DNA from: Pseudomonadota bacterium
GTDB lineage: Bacteria > Pseudomonadota > Gammaproteobacteria > Steroidobacterales > Steroidobacteraceae
DNA length: 64,000 nt
Direction of reading: 5' to 3'
Assembly (NCBI GenBank): GCA_947459825.1
Contig: CANHFH010000002.1
Span: forward strand, 17,150-81,149
Under the pieces are notes generated by a model that saw nothing but the letters and a program-made list of their open reading frames with translations, searched no databases and had not been told where the DNA came from. How positions within the stretch are numbered: the stretch's first letter is position 1; every line of letters starts with the position of its first letter. The translations under genes were made by a program, and so were the position numbers. Positions 25,631 to 38,100 of this stretch are shown here, piece after piece.

Positions 25631-27913
25631 ATGAGGAGCGTCATCGATCAGTTCGGCTGGCCTCGGCGGGCGGTCTGGGCGGCGGCAGCGCTGCTCGCGA
25701 CCGCTGCCGTACAGGCCGCGCCGGGCATCCCGTCGGGCGTCAAGCCGACGGCGCTACGGGCGGCAGCGGCGTCGGACGAAGCGACGCCCCGGTCGAGCCG
25801 GCGGTCCGCAACGCCGGCCACGCAGTTGATCGTCCGCTTCCGCGACGAGACGCGCAGCGGTACGCGTGTGTCGATGACGGTCCCGCGCGTCGATAAGCTG
25901 TCGAGGAGCGCCGGGACCCAGCTGCTCTATCGACGCCCGATGGCGGAGCTCGCGCATGTGTTCCGTCTCCGCGAGGCCTTGTCGCAGCCCGCGGCGCAGG
26001 CTCTGGCGGCACGGCTTCGGCGCGACCCGGCGGTGGCCGACGTCGAGGTCGACGAGCTGCTCTACCCGCAGAGCACGCCGAACGACACGATGTATGTGGA
26101 CACCGTCGTCGAGCGGTTGTGGCCCCTCAAGGCACCGACCACGCTGCGCGCCGGCGGCGTCAATCTCCCCGCTGCCTGGCAGATCTCCCGAGGCAAGGGC
26201 GTGGTGGTGGCGGTCATCGACACCGGGATCTTCCGCCACGACGACCTCGAGGCGAACATCATCCGCGGCTTCGATTTCATCGGCCGCGACGAACCCTTCT
26301 TCGGCGGCGGTTTCCTGGTCGCCAACGACGGAGACGGACGGGACGCCGATCCATCGGATCCTGGCGACTGGATCACCGCCGAAGAGGCCGCCAACCCGAT
26401 CTTCTTCGGATGCGAGGTGGGCGACTCCTCCTGGCACGGCACCCATGTCGCGGGCACGGTGGCGGCGGTCGGTGACAACGGGCTCGGCGTGGTGGGTGTC
26501 GCGTACGAGGCCAAAGTCCTCGCGGTGCGCGCGCTCGGCAAGTGTTTCGGCTACAGCTCCGACATCACCGACGCGATCCGTTGGTCGGCGGGCGCAGCGC
26601 CGGACGGCGGCTCGTGGGACGCGCTCGGCATCCCGCCGAACGCCACGCCGGCGCGGGTGATCAACCTCAGTCTCGGAGCCAGCAGCAACGCCTGCCCGCC
26701 GACGCGCCAGTCGGCCATCGATGCGGCACACGCCGCGGGAGCGTTGGTGGTGGCGGCCACCGGCAACGACTCTGCGCTGACGATCGGCTCGCCGGCCAGC
26801 TGCCTGGGTGTCATCGCGGTCACCTCGCACACCGTCGAGGGGGACAATTCAAGCTTCGCCAACGTCGGTGTCGGGACCTCCATCAGCGCGCCGGGTGGTG
26901 GCCGGTGTTCCACCGCGGCGCTCAACTGCTTGCCGAACGGCACCGCCGGGGCGGTCGGGACGCTGTACCGTTCCGTGCTCTCCACCATCAGCGACGGCAC
27001 GCGAGGTCCCGGTACCGACCGGACGGTGTTCGGCGGCGAGGTGGGCACCAGCATGGCCACGCCGCATGTTTCCGGCGTGGCAGCGCTGCTGTTCTCGCAC
27101 ATGCCTACGCTCAAGCCGGATACGGTGCGCAGCCTCATCACCGCCTCGGCGCGACCGTTCCCGGCGGGCACCTATTGCTCGCAGCAGACCGATGCGCGCT
27201 GCGGCACCGGCATGCTCGATGCGACGCGGGCCTTCCAGCGTCTCGCCGACCTCGCCCCGACCGTCACCACGTCCACGCCGACGGCGGTGGTGCGCAACGG
27301 TGCAGCGGTCCCGCTCAACGCTACGGTCACGGCCAAGCCCGGCGCTTCGACGGTCTTCACCTATCGCTGGCAGCAGACCGCCGGGCCTGCCGTCACGCTC
27401 GTCGATACCTCGGCGCTGCAGACCTCTTTCACCGCGCCCTCGCCGGGCGGCGCGATGTCCTTCCGGTTCACCGCCACCGATGCGGACGGCATCGTCGCCA
27501 GCCGGGTGGTGGACCTGCGCGCCAACGGCTTGCCCGTGGTCGCGCCGCTCGCGGCGCTGACGGTCGAGAGCGGCGCCGCGGTCTCGTTGCGCGCCACGGC
27601 GACCGACCCGGAGAACGACGCCCTCACCTTCACGGCCACCGGGGTGCCGGAGGGTGCGACGTTCCGTCCGTCGGGTGAGTTCTCCTGGCCCGCCGCCACA
27701 CCGGCCGGCGCCTACACGCTGTCCATCACCGCCAACGACGGTTTCGAGACGGGCGCGCCGGTCAGCGTGACCATCACCGTGAACCCGCCGCTGCGCGGCG
27801 GGGGCGGCGCGTGGGATCTGCTCGGCCTCGGTCTGCTCGGGTCGTGGCTCGCGTCACGGCTCCTGCATCGCCGGCGCCGGAACGGGTGGGGCCGCGCTTC
27901 GTGTATAATTTGA
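25631..27913 (+). CDS. secreted subtilisin-family (S8) serine protease with PKD-like and Ig-like domains and a GlyGly-CTERM-like tail
   Basis: The catalytic triad contexts are VAVIDTG, WHGTHVAG and GTSMATPHVSG. The C-terminus is GGGGAWDLLGLGLLGSWLASRLLHRRRR. The start is 25631 or 25607. Confidence 0.85.
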   Translation: MRSVIDQFGWPRRAVWAAAALLATAAVQAAPGIPSGVKPTALRAAAASDEATPRSSRRSATPATQLIVRFRDETRSGTRVSMTVPRVDKLSRSAGTQLLYRRPMAELAHVFRLREALSQPAAQALAARLRRDPAVADVEVDELLYPQSTPNDTMYVDTVVERLWPLKAPTTLRAGGVNLPAAWQISRGKGVVVAVIDTGIFRHDDLEANIIRGFDFIGRDEPFFGGGFLVANDGDGRDADPSDPGDWITAEEAANPIFFGCEVGDSSWHGTHVAGTVAAVGDNGLGVVGVAYEAKVLAVRALGKCFGYSSDITDAIRWSAGAAPDGGSWDALGIPPNATPARVINLSLGASSNACPPTRQSAIDAAHAAGALVVAATGNDSALTIGSPASCLGVIAVTSHTVEGDNSSFANVGVGTSISAPGGGRCSTAALNCLPNGTAGAVGTLYRSVLSTISDGTRGPGTDRTVFGGEVGTSMATPHVSGVAALLFSHMPTLKPDTVRSLITASARPFPAGTYCSQQTDARCGTGMLDATRAFQRLADLAPTVTTSTPTAVVRNGAAVPLNATVTAKPGASTVFTYRWQQTAGPAVTLVDTSALQTSFTAPSPGGAMSFRFTATDADGIVASRVVDLRANGLPVVAPLAALTVESGAAVSLRATATDPENDALTFTATGVPEGATFRPSGEFSWPAATPAGAYTLSITANDGFETGAPVSVTITVNPPLRGGGGAWDLLGLGLLGSWLASRLLHRRRRNGWGRASCII

Positions 27914-27938
27914 TGCTGTGGCCGGGCGGGGGCGGGGG

Positions 27939-30900
27939 ATGTCGATCTTGATTTCGCGCCGAGCCTTGTGGGTCCCGTTGCTGGCGTTGAGCGCCTTGGC
28001 GCTCGGCGCGGCGTGGCTCGGCCGCGGCTCGGTGGGGTCCTTTGTCGCCGTGTCCGAGCCGGCCGTCGCGACCTCCGTCGCTGCCGAACGTCAGGCCGCG
28101 GCCCGGCTGGTCGTCCGTTTTGCCCCTGAAGCCGCGAGCGGCAGGCTCGCCACCCGTGCCGAGGCCGAGGCGGGCTTGCGTCGCGTCGGCCGCGCGCTCG
28201 GTCTGACCTTGTCCTACGGTCGTCCGACCTCCAACCTCGCCCACCTCGTCCATGTCCGCTTGCCGTCGGCGGGCACGCTCGAGGACGCCGTGCGGCGGTT
28301 GCGCGCCGATCCGGCCGTGGCGCTGGTCGAAGTCGACGCGGTGGTACGGCCCGCGCTCACGCCCGACGACGAACTCTTCAACGACGCCCGTGAGATCCAG
28401 TGGAACCTCAAGGCGCCGGCGGGCGCGCGCAACGGCGGCGCGAACCTGCCTACGGCATGGGACCGGACACGCGGTGCGGGCGTCACGGTCGCGGTGCTCG
28501 ACACCGGCATCGTCACGCACGCCGATCTCGCGCCGAATGTGTTGTTGAACGCCGACTCGACGATCGCCGGCTACGATTTCGTCGGGACGGATGTCCGCAA
28601 CCCGGATTCGGGGTTCCTGGTCGCCAACGATTCCAACGGTCGTGATGCCGACCCGGCCGATCCCGGTGACTGGATCTCCGCAGGCGATCTCGCTAACAGC
28701 GTGTTCGCCGGCTGCACGGAGGCGTCGAGCTCATGGCATGGCACCGCGATGGCGGGCGTGATCGCCGCGGTGGGCAACAACACCATCGGCATGGCGGGCG
28801 TCGCCTACGAGTCGAAGGTGCTGCCGGTGCGCGTGCTCGGCAAGTGCAAGGGCTTCATGGTCGATGTGGCGGACGCGATCCGCTGGGCCTCGGGCGCGCA
28901 GCCTGAAGGTACTACATGGGAATTGATGGGCATCCCCGCCAACACGACGCCGGCGCGGGTCATCAACCTCAGCCTGAGCGGCATCGGCACCTGCCCCGCC
29001 GACTCCACGCTGCAGAGCGCGATCGACGCCGCGCGCACTGCCGGATCGGTGGTGGTGGTCGCGACCGGCAACGACAGCATGTCCGTCATCGGTTCGCCGG
29101 CCAGCTGTTCCGGCGTCATCTCCGTCACCTCGCACACCGTCGAGGGTGACAAGATGAACACGGCCAACTGGGGCGCGGGGACGGACATCAGCGCCCCCGG
29201 CGGCGGCACCTGCGCGACGCTCACGGGCACGGCCTGTCCGCCCCACGGTACCGCCCTCGCAGCCAACACCACTTGGCGTGAACTTTGGTCGACCGACAAC
29301 ACCGGCACCACCACGCCGGCCACAGATGCAGCGTTGGTGTTCGCCGATGCCGGCACCAGCGTCGCTGCCGCCCATGTCTCGGGCGCCGCGGCGCTGCTCG
29401 TCTCCGCCATGCCCTCGCTCACTCCCGACGGCGTGGAGTCCATCCTCAAGGCGTCGGCGCGCGCGTTCCCGACAGGGACCTATTGTTGGACGAACGAGGT
29501 CGGTACGTTGCGCTGCGGCACCGGTCTGCTCGACGCCTCGGCGGCCATGGCGCGCCTGACGGCGTTGACGCCGACTGTCACGGCGCAGACCAGCGCGGCC
29601 ATCGCGGTCGCCGGCAGCACGGTCACGCTCACCGGTGCGGCGACGCCCGGCAGCGCAGGCTCGTCGGCGGACCTGACCTACCGCTGGCAGCAGATGTCCG
29701 GGCCTGAGATGATGCTGAGCAGCACCACTTCGACCAGCACCACCTTCACCTTCCCCGCGCCGACGCTGGAAGGACCGACGTCGGGCGGAGCGCTGAGCTT
29801 CCGCTTCACCGCCACCGACACCACCGGTGCGTCGGCCTCCGCGACGGTCAACATGCGCGCCAACAACGCGCCGACGGTCGACGCGATCACCAACCCGAGC
29901 GTGCGCGCCGGTCAGACGGTGACCTTCACCGCGACGGGCGGGGATCCTGAGATCGACCCGCTGACCTTCACGGCGACCGGTGTACCGACCGGTGCGACAT
30001 TCAGTTCGGCCGGGGTGTTCAACTGGGCCTCTGCCACGGCCGGCACTTTCTCCGTTTCCGTCACGGCGTCCGACGGCAATCTAGCCAGCGCTCCGCGCAC
30101 GGTGACGATCACGGTGGCGCCGAACACCGCGCCGACGGTCAACGCGATCACCAACCCGAGCGTGCGGGTAGGCGAGGCGGTCAACTTCACCGCGACCGCC
30201 ACCGATGCCGAGAACGATGCGCTCACCTTCGCGGCGACCGGTGTGCCGACCGGTGCGACGTTCAGCGCGGCGGGCGTGTTCAGCTGGCCGACGCCGGTCG
30301 CCGGGACCTACACGGTGTCGGTGACTGCGTCGGACGGTGCGCTCACCAGCGCGGCGCGCACGGTGACGATCACGGTGCGCGCCAACACCGCGCCGACGAT
30401 CAACACGATCACCAACCCGAGCGTGCGGGTAGGCCAGGCGGTCAACTTCACCGCGACGGGCACGGATCCTGAGAGCGACGCGCTGACCTTCGCGGCGACC
30501 GGTGTGCCGACCGGTGCGACGTTCAGCACTGCGGGCGTGTTCAGTTGGCCGTCGCCGGTCGCCGGCACGTACACGGTGTCGATCACGGCCTCGGACGGGC
30601 TGCTCACGAGCGCGGCGCGTACGGTGACGATCACGGTACGCGCCAACACTGCGCCGACGGTCAACGCGATCGCCAATCCGAGCGTCCGGGCGGGTCAGTC
30701 GGTTACCTTCACCGCCACCGGTATCGATGCAGAGGCAGATCCGCTCACCTTCTCGGCGACGGGGGTGCCGAGCGGTGCGACGTTCAGCGCGGCGGGCGTG
30801 TTCAGTTGGTCGGCGGCGGTGGTCGGCGTCTACACGCTCTCGGTCACCGCTTCGGACGGGCTGCTCACGAGCGCGGCGCGCACGGTGACGATCACGGTGC

Positions 30901-32108
30901 GCGCCAACACGGCGCCCGTGGTCAATGCGATCGCCAACCCGAGCGTACGGGTGGGCGAGGCCTTGACCTTCACCGCTGCGGGCACCGACGCCGAGGGTGA
31001 CGCGCTGACCTTCGCAGCGACCGGTGTACCGACCGGTGCGACATTCAGCGCGGCGGGCGTGTTCAGCTGGACGAACGCGACGCCGGCCGGCACCTACACG
31101 GTGTCGATCACGGCCTCGGACGGGCTGCTCACGAGCGCGGCGCGCACGATCACGATTACGGTGCGCGCCAACACCGCGCCGACCTTCGGTTCCCTCTCCA
31201 ACCAGACGACGCGTGCAGGACAAGCCCTGACCTTCAGCGTCCCCGCGGCCGATGCCGAGGGCGATCCCTTGACGGTCTCGATGACCGGCCTGCCGACCGG
31301 AGCGACCGCTACGGTGGTCGACAACGCAGCGGTCTTCTCATGGCCTGCTCCGGTGGCGGGGAGCTACACGGTGACCGTCACGGCTTCGGATGGCCTGCTG
31401 ACCACCAGTCGTCAGATCGGGATCACGGTGACGCCCAACACGGCACCGACGGTGACGGCCTTGCCGCCGCAGACGGTCCGCGCCGGCGCGCCGCTGACCT
31501 TCACGGTGACGGGCACCGACCCGCAGAACGACGCGCTCACCTACGCGGCGACGGGCTTGCCGAGCGGTGCGACGTTCAGCACCGCGGGCGTGTTCAACTG
31601 GTCGAACGCGACGCCCGCGGGCACCTACACGGTGTCGGTCACCGCCTCGGATGGGGTGTTCACGAGCGCCCCGAGCACGGTGACGATCACGGTACGCGCC
31701 AACACCGCGCCGACGGTCACCGTGGTACGCAGCTTCTCGGTGCGCCTGCAGGAGGATGTGAACCTGAACATCACCGGCACCGATCCCGAGAACGATGCGC
31801 TCACCTTCAGCGCGACCGGTCTACCGACGGGAGCGGTGCTCACCTCGGCGGGTGCGCTGACCTGGTCGAGCGCCTCGCCGGGCGGCGACTACACCATCAG
31901 CGTGACCGCCTCGGACGGGCTGCTGACCAGCGCGCCGATGAGTTTCACCATCACCGTCACCAACCGCGCCACCGATCCGGGCGGCGGCGGCTCGATGGAC
32001 CTGCTCGGTCTGGCGTTGTTCGGTGTGTGGGGTCTGGCGCGGGTGCGGCGGCGCCGTGTCGTCGAGAGCGGCGGTCAGGACGCGACGTCGGTCAGAACGC
32101 GACGCTGA
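27939..32108 (+). CDS. large secreted S8 serine protease paralogue with 8 tandem Ig-like repeats and a GlyGly-CTERM-like tail
   Basis: It has a signal peptide. The triad contexts are VAVLDTG, WHGTAMAG and GTSVAAAHVSG. The C-terminus is GGGGSMDLLGLALFGVWGLARVRRRR. Its 3' end overlaps the convergent OMP gene by 17 nt. Confidence 0.85.
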   Translation: MSILISRRALWVPLLALSALALGAAWLGRGSVGSFVAVSEPAVATSVAAERQAAARLVVRFAPEAASGRLATRAEAEAGLRRVGRALGLTLSYGRPTSNLAHLVHVRLPSAGTLEDAVRRLRADPAVALVEVDAVVRPALTPDDELFNDAREIQWNLKAPAGARNGGANLPTAWDRTRGAGVTVAVLDTGIVTHADLAPNVLLNADSTIAGYDFVGTDVRNPDSGFLVANDSNGRDADPADPGDWISAGDLANSVFAGCTEASSSWHGTAMAGVIAAVGNNTIGMAGVAYESKVLPVRVLGKCKGFMVDVADAIRWASGAQPEGTTWELMGIPANTTPARVINLSLSGIGTCPADSTLQSAIDAARTAGSVVVVATGNDSMSVIGSPASCSGVISVTSHTVEGDKMNTANWGAGTDISAPGGGTCATLTGTACPPHGTALAANTTWRELWSTDNTGTTTPATDAALVFADAGTSVAAAHVSGAAALLVSAMPSLTPDGVESILKASARAFPTGTYCWTNEVGTLRCGTGLLDASAAMARLTALTPTVTAQTSAAIAVAGSTVTLTGAATPGSAGSSADLTYRWQQMSGPEMMLSSTTSTSTTFTFPAPTLEGPTSGGALSFRFTATDTTGASASATVNMRANNAPTVDAITNPSVRAGQTVTFTATGGDPEIDPLTFTATGVPTGATFSSAGVFNWASATAGTFSVSVTASDGNLASAPRTVTITVAPNTAPTVNAITNPSVRVGEAVNFTATATDAENDALTFAATGVPTGATFSAAGVFSWPTPVAGTYTVSVTASDGALTSAARTVTITVRANTAPTINTITNPSVRVGQAVNFTATGTDPESDALTFAATGVPTGATFSTAGVFSWPSPVAGTYTVSITASDGLLTSAARTVTITVRANTAPTVNAIANPSVRAGQSVTFTATGIDAEADPLTFSATGVPSGATFSAAGVFSWSAAVVGVYTLSVTASDGLLTSAARTVTITVRANTAPVVNAIANPSVRVGEALTFTAAGTDAEGDALTFAATGVPTGATFSAAGVFSWTNATPAGTYTVSITASDGLLTSAARTITITVRANTAPTFGSLSNQTTRAGQALTFSVPAADAEGDPLTVSMTGLPTGATATVVDNAAVFSWPAPVAGSYTVTVTASDGLLTTSRQIGITVTPNTAPTVTALPPQTVRAGAPLTFTVTGTDPQNDALTYAATGLPSGATFSTAGVFNWSNATPAGTYTVSVTASDGVFTSAPSTVTITVRANTAPTVTVVRSFSVRLQEDVNLNITGTDPENDALTFSATGLPTGAVLTSAGALTWSSASPGGDYTISVTASDGLLTSAPMSFTITVTNRATDPGGGGSMDLLGLALFGVWGLARVRRRRVVESGGQDATSVRTRR
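29862..31964 (+). repeat. in-frame tandem repeat array, 8 units of 261-267 bp (87-89 aa putative Ig / He_PIG-like domains)
   Basis: Unit starts (AAC-AAC/ACN-GCG = N-N/T-A-P) are at 29862, 30123, 30384, 30645, 30906, 31170, 31437 and 31701. The junctions are near-identical, e.g. ACGGTGACGATCACGGTGCGCGCCAACAC. Confidence 0.9.
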
Positions 32109-32946
32109 CGAAGGCCTGCGGTCCGCGGTAGACCCAGTCGACCTTGCCGCGGAAGTCGTCCTGCCTGAGATCGACGTCGACCCCGAACGCGTCATAGCCG
32201 AGACCCACGCCGACGCGTCGGGTCGGCTGCCACACCAGCGCCGCGCGGTAGTTGTAGAGGCTGCCCTTGATGTCGTCGATGGCGAGCGAGAAGTACTGCG
32301 CCTGCGCATCGAGATAGACCTTCTCGCCGAGCCGCCACATCCCGCGCACGCCGACCACCGGCAGCGGAGCCTCGACCGAGCGCGGACCACCGATGGTGCG
32401 TGCGCCCGTGGTGGGTGAGGTCACGGTGGCCGCCAAGCGCGCCTCGAGCGTGGTGTAGTGCAGTCCGATCGAGCCGGCCACTTCGGCGCGCTCGCTCGCC
32501 ACGAAGGCGTATTCGTAGGCGGCCTCGATGACCTCGAAGCCCAATGTGCCGGTCACCTGTGCGTTGACCGGGAAGATGTCGTCGCCCCACTGCACCTCGG
32601 TATCGAGGGTGGTGCGGTCGGTCTGCGAGTAGTCGGTGTAGAGCAGGCGCAGGTGGTGCTTGGGCGAGAAGCGCCACACCGCGTCCATGCGGAAACGCTT
32701 CGAGTTCTGGAGATCGAAGCGCTGGTCCCAGTCGATCTCGGTGCCGGGCAGGTTGGTCGAGGGGTCGAGGCGGATGTCGAGTGCCGTGCTGTTGGCGAAG
32801 GTGCCGACCCAGACGAAGCCGCGGCCGGTGATCAGGTCGATGGGCGCGGTCCCGGACGACCCGTCGGCCTGCGCGACCGGCGTGAGCATGACCGGGGAGG
32901 CGATCGAGATCGCCGCTGCGACGACGACGGAGCCGCGCCGCATCAT
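32092..32946 (-). CDS. putative outer-membrane beta-barrel protein
   Basis: It has a signal peptide ([27 protein letters not shown]), alternating amphipathic strands and a C-terminal ...AFVSVAF. Confidence 0.6.
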   Translation of the reverse strand: MMRRGSVVVAAAISIASPVMLTPVAQADGSSGTAPIDLITGRGFVWVGTFANSTALDIRLDPSTNLPGTEIDWDQRFDLQNSKRFRMDAVWRFSPKHHLRLLYTDYSQTDRTTLDTEVQWGDDIFPVNAQVTGTLGFEVIEAAYEYAFVASERAEVAGSIGLHYTTLEARLAATVTSPTTGARTIGGPRSVEAPLPVVGVRGMWRLGEKVYLDAQAQYFSLAIDDIKGSLYNYRAALVWQPTRRVGVGLGYDAFGVDVDLRQDDFRGKVDWVYRGPQAFVSVAF

Positions 32947-32953
32947 CGGGCGC

Positions 32954-35260
<2,307 letters not shown>

Positions 35261-35412
35261 GTCTCGGGGGCCCGGGGGCAGGAAATCCGGGCGGTCGCGG
35301 AGGGGGGAAGGTGAACCGGGAATGATACCACAGCGGAGGGTCCCGACCTACCTCCAAGGGTGTCCCGAGCCAGGGACGGCGGACCTCCGCCGCAGGCGCC
35401 CTCGGGTCGCGG

Positions 35413-37284
35413 TCAGCTGCCGGTCGGACCGGCCATCAAGCCCTGAAGTTCCGTCCGCTCCGCGGGGGTGATCGCGCCATCCCGCTCGCGTTCCAGCAGC
35501 TCGTCGAAGCGCCGCCGCCGTCGCTCGGCCTGCATGCGCCCGAGCGCCGTCTGCAGCTCGCGCAGTGCAGCGGCTTTATCGGGGACCAAGACCTCGGCGG
35601 CGGCCAATCGTCCGAAGCGCTCGACCTCCGGCCGCTCCCGCCAGCGCTCGAGCAACTGGCCGGCACTGGCGCAGGGCTCGGCGCGCAGGTCCGCGACCAA
35701 GGCCCGGAGGATGTCGGCACCCGGTTCGTCGAGACCCTCCAGGTCGGCGAGTTCGGCGGCTTCCAACTGGCCGGCGATGGGCGGGTAGTGGACCAGCATC
35801 ATGACCGCCTGCCGCATCAGGCCGCCGCGCCCTGCGCTCTGCCCGGCGCGTCCACGGGCTTGCCCGCCGCCTGGGCCGCCGCGAGCGCCGTCGTTGCGGG
35901 CGCCGGTGAGCGCGCCGAGGCCGGAGGTCGGGCCGGTGCCGCCTCCGCCGCCGCCGCTCCGGCCATCGCCCGCGCCCCACAATTCGCGCAGACGGGCGGC
36001 GGGCAGACGGATCGCCTCGGCGAGGCGCTCCACCAGCAGTTCGCGGAACACACCCTCGGGGACCTTCGCGACCATGGGCCGCGCGCTCTCGGCGAAGCGT
36101 GCGCGGCCGTCCGCGTGCGCGAGGTCGACCTGCGAGCCGAGCTCCTGCACCAGATATTCCGAGAGCGGCAGCGCACCCTCGAGCCGCGACTCGAAGGCCT
36201 CGCGGCCCTCGGCGCCGACCAAAGAATCCGGGTCCTGCCCGTCGGGCAGGAAGAGGAAGCGCAGCTGCCGGCCCTCGCGCGCCTCGGGCAGCGCGTTGTT
36301 GAGGGCGCGCCAGGCGGCGGCGCGACCGGCGCGGTCGCCGTCGAAGGCGAACACCACCTCCGGGACGAGCCGGAACGCGCGCTTCAGGTGCTCAGGCGTG
36401 GTCGCGGTGCCGAGCGTGGCGACGGCGTAGGTGATGCCGGCCTGATGCAGCCGCACGACATCCATGTAGCCCTCGACCACCAGCAGGCGCTTGAACGGCG
36501 CGCGCGACTGACGCACCTCGTAGAGGCCGTAGAGCTCGCGGCCCTTGTGGAAGAGGGTGGTCTCGGGCGAGTTGAGGTATTTGGGTTCACCCTGGTCGAT
36601 GATGCGGCCGCCGAAGGCGATCACGCGGCCGCGTGCATCGCGGATCGGGAACATCAGCCGGTCGCGGAAACGGTCGTAGTGGCGCTCGCCGCCCTGCGAG
36701 CCGCCGCCCTCGCGCTCGATGACGAGGCCGCAGGCCGCGAGCTGCTCGGCGCCGCGTGCGTTGCCGCCGCCCCCGCTGAACCGGCGCAGCACATCGTTCC
36801 AGGAGTTCGCGGCGTAGCCCACCATGAAGCGTGCGAGCGTGTCCGGGGTGAGCCCGCGCTGCTCGAGCGCGTAGCGTGAGGCGCGGGCGTCGGCACGCAG
36901 CAGGCCCTGCCAGTGCGAGGCCACCTGGCCCATCAGCGCGCTGAGGTCCGCCGCGTCGCGGCTGCGGCCGTCATCGGGACGCGCCTCGCGCGGTATCTCG
37001 ACGCCGGCGCGCGAGGCGAGCTCCTCGACCGCTTCGGGGAAGGTCAGCCGGTCGTGGTTCATCAGGAAGCCGAGCGCGCTGCCGTGCGCGCTGCAGCCGA
37101 AGCAATGGTAGAACTGCTTGTCGGGGCTGACCCAGAAAGAGGGCGTCTTCTCGCCGTGGAAGGGGCAGCAGGCCTTGTACTCGCGGCCGGATTTTTTGAG
37201 CGTGATGCGGCTGCCGATGAGCTCGACGATGTCGGTGCGCGCCAACAGGTCGTCGATGAAAGCCTGGGGGATGCGCCCGCTCAT
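35413..37284 (-). CDS. dnaG: DNA primase
   Basis: The zinc finger is CCPFHGEKTPSFWVSPDKQFYHCFGCSAHG, followed by a TOPRIM region. Confidence 0.95.
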   Translation of the reverse strand: MSGRIPQAFIDDLLARTDIVELIGSRITLKKSGREYKACCPFHGEKTPSFWVSPDKQFYHCFGCSAHGSALGFLMNHDRLTFPEAVEELASRAGVEIPREARPDDGRSRDAADLSALMGQVASHWQGLLRADARASRYALEQRGLTPDTLARFMVGYAANSWNDVLRRFSGGGGNARGAEQLAACGLVIEREGGGSQGGERHYDRFRDRLMFPIRDARGRVIAFGGRIIDQGEPKYLNSPETTLFHKGRELYGLYEVRQSRAPFKRLLVVEGYMDVVRLHQAGITYAVATLGTATTPEHLKRAFRLVPEVVFAFDGDRAGRAAAWRALNNALPEAREGRQLRFLFLPDGQDPDSLVGAEGREAFESRLEGALPLSEYLVQELGSQVDLAHADGRARFAESARPMVAKVPEGVFRELLVERLAEAIRLPAARLRELWGAGDGRSGGGGGGTGPTSGLGALTGARNDGARGGPGGGQARGRAGQSAGRGGLMRQAVMMLVHYPPIAGQLEAAELADLEGLDEPGADILRALVADLRAEPCASAGQLLERWRERPEVERFGRLAAAEVLVPDKAAALRELQTALGRMQAERRRRRFDELLERERDGAITPAERTELQGLMAGPTGS

Positions 37285-37308
37285 GGGCGACAGGATACGC
37301 GGCGTCCG

Positions 37309-37758
37309 TCAGACCGTGGCGAGCTTCGCCTTGATGAGCGCGCCGACGGCGCCCATGTCGGCACGGCCGGCGGCGCGGCCCTTCACGAGGCCCATCACCT
37401 TGCCCATGTCCTTGACGGTGGTGGCGCCGGTCTCGGCGATCGCCGCGGCGACCAGCGCCTCGAGCTCGGCGGCGGAGAGCTGTTCGGGCAGGTAGGTCTG
37501 CAGCAGCGTGATCTCGGTGGCCTCTTTGGCGGCGAGGTCGGCGCGACCGCCGGCCTCGAACTGCGCGATGGCCTCGCGACGCTGCTTGATCATCTTCTCG
37601 AGCACCGCCATCACCTGCGTGTCGTCGAGCGTGATGCGCTCGTCGACCTCGCGCTGCTTGATGGCGGCCTGCAGCATGCGGATCTGACCGAGGCGCTCCT
37701 TGTCACCGGAGCGCATCGCGGTCTTCATGTCCTCGGTGATGCGCTCCTTGAGCGACAT
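37309..37758 (-). CDS. GatB/YqeY-domain protein
   Basis: 149 aa, starting MSLKERITEDMKTAMRSGDKERL. It sits in the conserved position between rpsU and dnaG. Confidence 0.85.
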   Translation of the reverse strand: MSLKERITEDMKTAMRSGDKERLGQIRMLQAAIKQREVDERITLDDTQVMAVLEKMIKQRREAIAQFEAGGRADLAAKEATEITLLQTYLPEQLSAAELEALVAAAIAETGATTVKDMGKVMGLVKGRAAGRADMGAVGALIKAKLATV

Positions 37759-37783
37759 CGTGCGTACCCGCAGCGGGTGCGGA

Positions 37784-37990
37784 TCAGCGGGCGCGCGCGA
37801 TGCGCGGGCCCGAGCGCTTGATGGCGCGCTTCACGGCGGCGGCCTTCTTGCGCTTACGCTCCTGCGTCGGCTTCTCGTAGAATTCGCGGCGGCGCAGCTC
37901 GGTCAGCACACCCGCCTTCTCGCAGGCGCGCTTGAAACGCCGCAGGGCGGCGTCGAAGTATTCATTCTCGCGGACACGAACGCTCGGCAT
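37784..37990 (-). CDS. rpsU: 30S ribosomal protein S21
   Basis: The sequence starts [48 protein letters not shown]. The start is taken at the internal ATG 37990. Confidence 0.93.
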   Translation of the reverse strand: MPSVRVRENEYFDAALRRFKRACEKAGVLTELRRREFYEKPTQERKRKKAAAVKRAIKRSGPRIARAR

Positions 37991-38100
37991 CTGAAACCTC
38001 AAAGCCTTGATCGGTAAGGGAAAACCACTGGAACGCCGCTCTGCCCCATCGAGGCAGGGGCGGGGATTCTAATGTCCCCCGCCCGGAAAGGCAAAACCCC

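Noticed and set aside
29862-31964. A 261-bp periodic array as a possible CRISPR or non-coding VNTR.
   Set aside because: The units are contiguous with no spacers, lie in frame inside a long ORF, and translate into Ig-like domain repeats.
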